In this document: in pieces, positions 57,290 through 64,000 of the stretch
How positions within the stretch are numbered: position 1 is the first letter of the stretch
How the letters are laid out: each line of letters starts with the position of its first letter
IMG/VR virus record: IMGVR_UViG_3300025137_000018
Span: 1 to 64,000 of that record
DNA: 64,000 bases
Source: a virus
Direction: 5' to 3' (one strand)
Program-made: the position numbers and the translations under genes
The notes under the pieces: generated by a model
The model's input: only the letters and a program-made list of their open reading frames with translations
Told to the model about the DNA's origin: nothing
Databases searched by the model: none

Positions 57290-57729
57290 CAAATAAAGAA
57301 AGAAACAAAATCGTATCATCATTTAATTCTAAATGGAAATACAGAAAAGATAAAGAACAGTACGGCATGGCTGATGCATGGAAAATTATATATTCACCCG
57401 ATGGCGAAGGAAAATTTGTAGGAGACTGCGAAGATTATTCTCTATCCATTCTTTACAGATTATGTGGTGAAAGTCATATTAAAATGTGGTGGATGTTATT
57501 AACTCACCAAGCTGGTATATGCTGTGTTGGACCAAGCAAATGGAAAGTATCACACGCAGTTTTAAGATATAAAGGTGAATGGGTGGATAATTGGACTAAG
57601 AAATTTGGTCCTAAATCAGAAATAGAAAAGAATCATACATTCCATATTTTTTACGGATATGGTTGGGCATACTTTACTGCTATTAAAATGATTATAAGTA
57701 AAATAATAAGAACTATTAAGGGAAAATAA
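57286..57729 (+). CDS. Transglutaminase-like cysteine peptidase
   Basis: GDCEDY, HAVL, VDN catalytic-triad pattern. Confidence 0.75.
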   Translation: MTNKERNKIVSSFNSKWKYRKDKEQYGMADAWKIIYSPDGEGKFVGDCEDYSLSILYRLCGESHIKMWWMLLTHQAGICCVGPSKWKVSHAVLRYKGEWVDNWTKKFGPKSEIEKNHTFHIFYGYGWAYFTAIKMIISKIIRTIKGK

Positions 57730-57731
57730 AA

Positions 57732-57983
57732 ATGAAAAATTTTAAAGAATTAAGGGAAAGCCAAACAATCTTAGAAAGAATATTCAAAGCTACATTGGAT
57801 TTTGATATGGGTGATCCAAGAGACCACGAAGTAGACTGGGAAGATGACGGAGTTTACATCGACTCTTGGGATAAGCGAGAAATGGAATTAGTTGTCATGA
57901 GTAAAGATAAAAGAGGTTTAGAAAAATGGTTAGTAGATGTATATGGTCTATCTAAGAGAGACGTAAAGGGGATGGTAAAATGA
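57732..57983 (+). CDS. Small late protein
   Basis: MKNFKELRE start. Confidence 0.7.
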   Translation: MKNFKELRESQTILERIFKATLDFDMGDPRDHEVDWEDDGVYIDSWDKREMELVVMSKDKRGLEKWLVDVYGLSKRDVKGMVK

Positions 57984-58444
57984 AGCAATTTATAGAATTA
58001 AGAGAAAAGACGCGTCTAGCTATGCGTGGTATGAACTTAAAGCAAATAAAACAGAAATTTAAAAAAGAGATTGACGCTTATCAGAAAGGTAAAGAGCTAG
58101 ACTGGAAAGCTGAAGCTGCTTTACTGGGATGGGCAATTGGAGCTGGCGAAATTAAAACTGATGATCCAGACGAATTGGATAATTGGTTAATGAAAAACGT
58201 TGAAGATAAAAAGGATTTTGATAATCTTAAAGAGTCTGTAGAGACAGTTGACGAAGCTAAGCCCCCAAGAATGAAAGGACTATCAATATACGGTTCTGAA
58301 ATTAGTGGATTAAAATATAAAAATGGTACCTATAGTGCTCAAGCAGTAGTATATGGTAGTAATAAATTAGGATATAGAGTCAGAAATGAGTTTGGAGATT
58401 TTGAAACTCTTGACCTTAAAACATTCGCAAAAAGATTTGGCTAA
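57980..58444 (+). CDS. Hypothetical late protein
   Basis: MKQFIELRE start; internal VDE|A site. Confidence 0.7.
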   Translation: MKQFIELREKTRLAMRGMNLKQIKQKFKKEIDAYQKGKELDWKAEAALLGWAIGAGEIKTDDPDELDNWLMKNVEDKKDFDNLKESVETVDEAKPPRMKGLSIYGSEISGLKYKNGTYSAQAVVYGSNKLGYRVRNEFGDFETLDLKTFAKRFG

Positions 58445-58812
58445 TGCATAAATTTTTAGAGCACATCGATGAAAGATTTGGACTATACGAAGGTAGGAAT
58501 GTTCCATTAGAGCAACCTATGATTGAAGCTCCTGAACCAACGCTTAATAAGCCAAGCAGAAGCTCAGGCCCAAAGAAATATGTTGTATATGTTAAGAATC
58601 CAAAAACCGGCAATGTAAAGAAAATTAATTTTGGTGACGAAAAGGGAGGTTTAACCTCTAAAATAAACGATAGAGATGCTGCAAGAAACTTTGCATCTCG
58701 TCATAACTGCGATACTAAAACGGATAAACTATCACCAGGATACTGGTCATGTAGACTACCAAAGTACGCAAAAGACTTAGGACTTAAAGGTGGCGGAAAC
58801 TATTTTTGGTAA
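58444..58812 (+). CDS. Conserved marine T4-like protein
   Basis: KKYVVYVKNPKTGNVKKINFG, FASRHNC, YWSC. Confidence 0.75.
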   Translation: MHKFLEHIDERFGLYEGRNVPLEQPMIEAPEPTLNKPSRSSGPKKYVVYVKNPKTGNVKKINFGDEKGGLTSKINDRDAARNFASRHNCDTKTDKLSPGYWSCRLPKYAKDLGLKGGGNYFW

Positions 58813-59080
58813 TCCATATATCGATAGTGTATTAAACAGTACTACTATTGAAAGATCATTCTCCTTAGATAGAGAGGACGCAGAATATGTTTGGCACACC
58901 GATAAAGAATTAAGAGAAGTAGAAATATTAAATGGTGAAGGATGGCAATTCCAATACGAAAATTGCTTACCATGGTTAATAGAAAAGGGAATGGTGTTTT
59001 ATATACCATTAGGAGAAAGTCATAGACTAATAAAAGGTAAAACTACCTTACATTGTAGGATTATAAAACATGCCAAATAG
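58790..59080 (+). CDS. Small cupin-like protein
   Basis: VWHTD...GW.FQ...P...IP..E.HRLIKG. Confidence 0.65.
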   Translation: MAETIFGNPYIDSVLNSTTIERSFSLDREDAEYVWHTDKELREVEILNGEGWQFQYENCLPWLIEKGMVFYIPLGESHRLIKGKTTLHCRIIKHAK

Positions 59081-59378
59081 CAATACCGCATCGCAACAAA
59101 GAGCTGAAGCTGCTTTAAGACTCGACAGAATAGAAGAAAAAATCGATAGAATGTCTGAAGCAATTATAGCACTTGCTCGAGCTGAAGAAAAAATTCAAAC
59201 CCTCACATCATTTTCTAAACAACAATCAGAGCAGATTGTTTTACTTATAAATAGAATAGACAAAGTGGAAAACATTGTAATAAACAATGCAAATACAATT
59301 AATATAATTAATAAAATATTTTGGATAGTAATGGCTGCAGCTGCAACCACTATTACTGGAATGTTAATAATGCAATAA
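59070..59378 (+). CDS. Coiled-coil protein with C-terminal TM
   Basis: RLDRIEEKID...LARAEEK; hydrophobic C-terminus. Confidence 0.7.
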   Translation: MPNSNTASQQRAEAALRLDRIEEKIDRMSEAIIALARAEEKIQTLTSFSKQQSEQIVLLINRIDKVENIVINNANTINIINKIFWIVMAAAATTITGMLIMQ

Positions 59379-59391
59379 AATAGGAGAAAAT

Positions 59392-60741
59392 ATGAAATTG
59401 CAAGATAAAGAAACTCTAAGCGTTGCAGCAGCAGTCCAGAACGTATTAGAAGGTAAAAAGCCTGCAGTTAAGGAAGAACTAAAGTATCCACATGCGATGT
59501 ATCATCCTGAAACTGGCAAAGAAGAAACTGCAAAAAACGAAGAAGAGCATAAAGCTTTATCTGATAAGGGTTATACACATGAGAAGAACGAATCTCCTGA
59601 AGAACCTAAAGCTAAAGGCGAAAAAGATTTTAAAGCTAAGCATGTAGTTAAGAAATCTGGTGCAAAATCTGATGGTTCAGTAGTAAAAGAAGATGTTGAC
59701 GCACTTCATGAAGAAGCTATTGAAATGGATAAAGAACTTTCTGAAGGCTTTTCTCCATCTCAAGTTAAAGCTGCTATAAAAATTGCTACTAAAATGGGTG
59801 GTAATATGACAGGTGCTATTAGAAAAATCGAAGCTATGAAAAAAGGTTTATCTGATGAAAAAGCAGTTAATGATGCATTACGTGCAGCTAACGAAGGTAC
59901 AATGTCAGAAGAAGAAAAATCTGCAAAGCAGAAAAAGTACCAAGATTTCTTTAATAAAGCACTTAAAAAGTTTGGTGTTAAATCACCTGCTGAACTCGAC
60001 GGCGATAAGAAAAAAGAATTCTTTGATTATATCGATAAGAATTATGAAGCTGACGATGAAGAAGATGAAATCGTATCAGAAGGTAAGGTTACAGTTGATG
60101 TTGACTGGATTGGCGATAGCAAAGTAACTAAAGATGCTGAAAAGAAATTTAAAGTAAAAATTAAAGTAGACGCTAGAAAAGGTACTGCTGATGTAACTGG
60201 TGATAGTAAGCAAGTTGTTAAAATGTTAATGGATAAAGACGTATACGGATTAGATAAAGGTGACATTGAAGACATGTTCCCAGGCCTTATGAAAGGTAAA
60301 TTAGAATCTGTTGATGAAAGCATGAGTTTACCTAAAGCTCCTTTAAAGGGAATGCATTTAACTGGATTTTCTGGAAAGTTTAAATTAAACCAAACGTCTG
60401 GCCATGAAGATAATTACTCTCCTGAAGTTCTTAAAGATGTAAAAACTGGTTTAAAAATAGTAGAGAAACATCTTAAGAAACAAGGAATGAGATTCAAAGA
60501 AGAAGAAGTTCTAGTTGGGCCTAAAAACCATGCGAAAGAACATGGCTTTAAGGTTGGAGATTTTGATTCCGAGTTTGCAATAAATATCTTTCCAGGATTT
60601 CCAGGCAAGAACCCAGATCTACCAAAGGGTAAATCTGAAGATGATATTAACTTAGATGATATGGTCAAAGACCTAGGTAAATTAAAATCATTCGGTAACT
60701 TTAAAAATGATTTCTCAGATAACTGGGGTGGTCGTAAATAA
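59392..60741 (+). CDS. Large charged prohead/internal protein
   Basis: K/E-rich, multi-module, many (L/V)xE potential gp21 sites; AGGAG SD. Confidence 0.6.
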   Translation: MKLQDKETLSVAAAVQNVLEGKKPAVKEELKYPHAMYHPETGKEETAKNEEEHKALSDKGYTHEKNESPEEPKAKGEKDFKAKHVVKKSGAKSDGSVVKEDVDALHEEAIEMDKELSEGFSPSQVKAAIKIATKMGGNMTGAIRKIEAMKKGLSDEKAVNDALRAANEGTMSEEEKSAKQKKYQDFFNKALKKFGVKSPAELDGDKKKEFFDYIDKNYEADDEEDEIVSEGKVTVDVDWIGDSKVTKDAEKKFKVKIKVDARKGTADVTGDSKQVVKMLMDKDVYGLDKGDIEDMFPGLMKGKLESVDESMSLPKAPLKGMHLTGFSGKFKLNQTSGHEDNYSPEVLKDVKTGLKIVEKHLKKQGMRFKEEEVLVGPKNHAKEHGFKVGDFDSEFAINIFPGFPGKNPDLPKGKSEDDINLDDMVKDLGKLKSFGNFKNDFSDNWGGRK

Positions 60742-60756
60742 GACCAAATAAGCTCT

Positions 60757-60764
60757 TATAAATA
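60757..60764 (+). promoter_or_regulatory. Late promoter TATAAATA
   Basis: Consensus only ~6 nt before the ATG; possibly a near-leaderless mRNA. Confidence 0.7.
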
Positions 60765-60769
60765 ACTAT

Positions 60770-61141
60770 ATGATGAAATTATTTGATAAACTGACTAGTA
60801 GGAACTTTAAGCTATTTGCTGCTAACCATTATAATAACCCTGAATGTATTTCAGTGGAAGAATTTATAGAGGATGTAAGTAGATTTAAATACTTAAAACG
60901 ATTGTTGAAAAGGTATGAGCAATCAGGTGATTTACAGGAAAGATTAATCCTAAATCATCTGATTGTAATATACAATGTGTTTGGCATTGAAGCTGCTGAT
61001 AGAATGGTTTGGTTCAAAGTGAACGAAGCACACTATCCAGCATTGAAAACCTTTTTAGTATTTTTACATTTTATAAAAGAAAACGATAAGGTAGAAATAC
61101 CTGTGGACACTAACATAGTGGAAAGGTTAAGAAATATATGA
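60770..61141 (+). CDS. Conserved T4-like hypothetical protein
   Basis: YNNPEC, RFKYLKRL, ERLILNHLIVIYNVFG. Confidence 0.8.
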   Translation: MMKLFDKLTSRNFKLFAANHYNNPECISVEEFIEDVSRFKYLKRLLKRYEQSGDLQERLILNHLIVIYNVFGIEAADRMVWFKVNEAHYPALKTFLVFLHFIKENDKVEIPVDTNIVERLRNI

Positions 61142-61752
61142 GAACTGTATTAAATAAACGAAACGAAATAAACGAAGGTTTATTGTCTCGTGGTGCAGAT
61201 ATGGTTTATGCTATTAGATTTCTTAAACTTTTAGTAACACCATTTAAAAAGACAGAGGCTTTTAAACAAGGCCTTGTTGATGAAAATGGTTATAGAACAG
61301 AAATACCAATTGAAACTAATGACCAAAGATCGGCATTTACAATATTTCATAGATTGGTATTTAATGTTAAAAAATTAATGGCTAAGGTTCCATTTGGTAA
61401 AACCAGACTAGCATCTTATGCTGCAGCTTTATTTCTTGTTAAAGAACACACTGGAATATCAAGTGAAAGATTAAAAAGTATATTAATAGAATCTGGAGAA
61501 ACTGATTTAGATATTATTAATGAAAGTGCTTGGTTTGAAAACAATAATAAACTAAATAAAGGTACTTATACATTAGTTAATGATATTGCTTCACCAGATA
61601 CTGCTGAATTTATAGCTAGAAAAAACACAAAGGTAATAGTAACAGAAGTAACAGAACCAGCTGATACATTATTTGATATAAATATATACAAGGTTAAACA
61701 CTTAAATACCAAACAATTTGTATATATAACAAATATGGATATAAAAAGATGA
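61138..61752 (+). CDS. Conserved T4-like hypothetical protein
   Basis: RFLKLLVTPF..TEAF..G.VDENG, FHRLVFNVKKL, YAAALFLVKE. Confidence 0.78.
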   Translation: MRTVLNKRNEINEGLLSRGADMVYAIRFLKLLVTPFKKTEAFKQGLVDENGYRTEIPIETNDQRSAFTIFHRLVFNVKKLMAKVPFGKTRLASYAAALFLVKEHTGISSERLKSILIESGETDLDIINESAWFENNNKLNKGTYTLVNDIASPDTAEFIARKNTKVIVTEVTEPADTLFDINIYKVKHLNTKQFVYITNMDIKR

Positions 61753-61970
61753 AATATAAAAGTTTTAAACAATGGGAAGATGCTGCTGCTAATTCTGTAG
61801 CAAGTGGTGGAGTCGATATGGCTCCAAACGCTATGGGTAAAAAAGCACTTCTTAAAAGAAGAAAAAAATCTGAAGGTAAATACGACGGCCGTACCAAAGA
61901 AGGTAGAAAATTCGTAGAAAGAATGTTAGCAAAGAGGTTGGCCAGAGAAGCTAAAAAAATAGAGAAATAA
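61749..61970 (+). CDS. Small basic late protein
   Basis: MKYKSFKQWEDAAAN, DGRTKEGR. Confidence 0.7.
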   Translation: MKYKSFKQWEDAAANSVASGGVDMAPNAMGKKALLKRRKKSEGKYDGRTKEGRKFVERMLAKRLAREAKKIEK

Positions 61971-61974
61971 TATT

Positions 61975-62367
61975 ATGTCGAAAATTTTGATGGGAATTAT
62001 AGGAGCTATGGGACTTATAGGGTTTATGTATTATAATTTCTCTGTAGTACCTATGAAGACTAAACTAGAAGAACAATCCAAAGTAATTATAGCACAAGAC
62101 CTAAGAGACCAAGAACAAAAGGCCACAATCGAGGCCATTCAAAATAATCTTCAAAAAACTTCACAAGAGTTAACAGGATTACAAGTTAGAAATCAAGCAT
62201 ACGAAACAGAAATGAATGAGTATATGGATATATTCAGACGTCATAATCTGTCTAAATTGGCTAGTGCCAAACCTGGTATGATTGAGAAAAGAGCAAACAC
62301 TAGAACAAAGGAGGCATTCGATGCGATTGAAGCAGATAGTCAGCGTATTAGCACTCTTAACGATTAG
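61975..62367 (+). CDS. i-spanin (Rz-like)
   Basis: N-terminal TM plus coiled coil, KPGMIEKR.N; overlaps the lipoprotein gene. Confidence 0.72.
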   Translation: MSKILMGIIGAMGLIGFMYYNFSVVPMKTKLEEQSKVIIAQDLRDQEQKATIEAIQNNLQKTSQELTGLQVRNQAYETEMNEYMDIFRRHNLSKLASAKPGMIEKRANTRTKEAFDAIEADSQRISTLND

Positions 62368-62821
62368 TGGTTGTTCACTACTTCAACAAGCTCCAAGAGA
62401 AGTTGAAATAATAACAAAACCAGTTCAGATAGATATTGTTCAGCCAGTAATGCCTAGAGCAATAGATTTAAAAGAACCTAAATGGTATGTAGTTTCAGAT
62501 ACCAAGATAATAGAAAATTGTCTAAAAGATCCTGAAACTAAAAAATCAAACTGTAAATTAGGTAGAGAAGATTTATACCCAGAAGGATATACATACCTTG
62601 ATAAATTTATAGATGATATAAAGAAAAACCATGGCGGTGATATTGTATTTGTTGCTATGACTGTTGATGATTATGAGTTAATGTCTTATAATACTCAAGA
62701 AATTAAAAGATATATTAATCAGCTCGGCGAGGTGATAGTTTACTATAGGAATGTAACAATAAATGATGAAAATGCTGCAGCAGTTGAAATTAAACTGGAG
62801 AAAAAAAATGGCAACGACTAG
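62321..62821 (+). CDS. o-spanin (Rz1-like lipoprotein)
   Basis: ATG 62321 after AAGGAGG; signal peptide with lipobox ISGC; Pro-rich segment. Confidence 0.75.
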   Translation: MRLKQIVSVLALLTISGCSLLQQAPREVEIITKPVQIDIVQPVMPRAIDLKEPKWYVVSDTKIIENCLKDPETKKSNCKLGREDLYPEGYTYLDKFIDDIKKNHGGDIVFVAMTVDDYELMSYNTQEIKRYINQLGEVIVYYRNVTINDENAAAVEIKLEKKNGND

Positions 62822-63569
62822 AATGAAAGAAACAATGACAGTATGGGAAAGAGCAGAGGTAGCAGCTAAGCTATCCGCAATCGCATATATGAATCCTAAA
62901 CCTGCAGAAACTGCAGCAAAAAAGCTAGGGTTTAACTCAGCAAATCTAATTAGTAGAGACGGAGCAGAAGTATTGGTATGTAAAGACCGTAATGATATGT
63001 GGTTTGCTTTTAGAGGAACAGAACCTTCAAAACTAAATGATGTATTAGCTGACCTTAAAGTAATTAAGAATACTGCTAAAGCTGGTGGTAAAGTTCACGG
63101 TGGATTCCAAGAAGAAGTAGATGACTTATGGATGGATATAGTAAAAGAACTTGATCATAATGACCAGTTAAAAGTAAGAAAAGATGTTTACTTTACTGGA
63201 CATAGCTTAGGTGCAGCCATGGCTACTATCAGTTCAACTAGGTATCAACCAGAAGAACTATTTACATTTGGTTCTCCAAGAGTTGGCGGAAAGCATTTTA
63301 TAAAGAATATCAAAGCTGATCATTATAGATTCATGAATAATAATGATATTGTATGTAGAATCCCACCAGCATGGCTAGGATTTAGACATCATGGTGAAAT
63401 GATTTATTTTGATAGATTCGGTAATAAAGCACTTAAGCCAACATGGGCTGATACGTTGTATGGTATATGGAATTCATGGAAAAGATTTAAATTCTTTGAT
63501 GGAGTTGTAGATCACGGAATGCCTAATTATGTACAAGCAATTAAAAAGCTTGCAAAAATTAAGGAATAA
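62808..63569 (+). CDS. Class 3 lipase
   Basis: AFRGTE, VHGGF, GHSLG, TFGSPRVG, NDIV.RIP, DH.M. Confidence 0.92.
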   Translation: MATTRMKETMTVWERAEVAAKLSAIAYMNPKPAETAAKKLGFNSANLISRDGAEVLVCKDRNDMWFAFRGTEPSKLNDVLADLKVIKNTAKAGGKVHGGFQEEVDDLWMDIVKELDHNDQLKVRKDVYFTGHSLGAAMATISSTRYQPEELFTFGSPRVGGKHFIKNIKADHYRFMNNNDIVCRIPPAWLGFRHHGEMIYFDRFGNKALKPTWADTLYGIWNSWKRFKFFDGVVDHGMPNYVQAIKKLAKIKE

Positions 63570-63571
63570 TC

Positions 63572-63898
63572 ATGAACTGGCTTATCATACTCACACTTAA
63601 ATCAATTTTATCTTCAATCATTGGTAGTTCATTTTACAAATGGTTTGAAGGTACTACTGTAGGTATCTGGTTTCAAAAGAAAGTAGATACGTTTATGCAA
63701 TATCTTGCTGTAAAGTATGATATAGAATTAGCTAAGAAAGATGCTAAATTTAGAAAACAATATCCACTTGTAGCCGAAAGACTTGATTATGTAGAAAGTA
63801 TCGCACATTGTAAATGCGGTATTGAAGAGTTCGACGGCTATAAACCTCTTATATCTCGAATTGAAGAAATTGAAAGAAGACTCAAAATAAAAAAATAA
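63572..63898 (+). CDS. Hypothetical protein with hydrophobic N-terminus
   Basis: 108 aa, AAGGA SD. Confidence 0.65.
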   Translation: MNWLIILTLKSILSSIIGSSFYKWFEGTTVGIWFQKKVDTFMQYLAVKYDIELAKKDAKFRKQYPLVAERLDYVESIAHCKCGIEEFDGYKPLISRIEEIERRLKIKK

Positions 63899-63908
63899 CA
63901 CAAACTGG

Positions 63909-63937
63909 TGTACATTTGTTGAGTTCTATGGTATAAT
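63909..63937 (+). promoter_or_regulatory. Promoter TGTACA-N14-TGGTATAAT
   Basis: Repeated promoter family. Confidence 0.85.
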
Positions 63938-63979
63938 AGATATATTAAATGAAACACAATATGAACAGGGATAAACATT

Positions 63980-64000
63980 ATGGGCATAAATGTCACTAAG
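63980..64000 (+). CDS. Start of the next gene (MGINVTK...), possibly a ribonucleotide reductase ATP cone
   Basis: Only 7 codons visible; INVTK resembles ATP-cone starts (VTKR). Confidence 0.35.

Noticed and set aside
476-61897. Minus-strand and alternate-frame ORFs in the supplied track (e.g. 14423-14845, 16786-17208, 37111-37584, 52855-53253, 56107-56538)
   Set aside because: They overlap well-supported + strand genes, lack recognisable motifs, and look like antisense shadows of biased codon usage.

Overview
64 kb from an AT-rich, T4-like (marine-type) myophage genome, with essentially all genes on the + strand. In order: the 3' part of a giant modular tail fibre (13 copies of a WxxGNDGSGSGLDADLLDG linker, C-terminal S74 chaperone); the neck/tail/head operon gp13-gp23 and gp3; uvsY, uvsW, gp55, gp47, gp46; a peptidase-vWA/CobS pair; gp45, gp44, gp62, regA, hsp20, gp43; an accessory block with MazG-like, prim-pol, SleB, GroES and nuclease genes; a DNA-modification cluster (dCMP hydroxymethylase, dCMP deaminase, glycosyltransferase, atypical C5-MTase, uronate-epimerase-like SDR, UDP-glucose dehydrogenase); ribosomal protein bS21, uvsX, gp40, gp41; a thyX-like stub and small early genes; a ~10.5 kb late cluster whose ORFs share a T4 internal-protein-like N-terminus; spanins and a lipase. 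Best candidates for a new system: (1) a replication-coupled cytosine hypermodification pathway whose GT and MTase-fold enzymes end in the same sliding-clamp motif as gp43, and (2) a capsid-packaged enzyme payload. Also notable: a TGTACA-N14-TGGTATAAT promoter family with one antisense copy, and a ROSE-like thermometer on hsp20. All family assignments come from motif recognition; no database searches were run.
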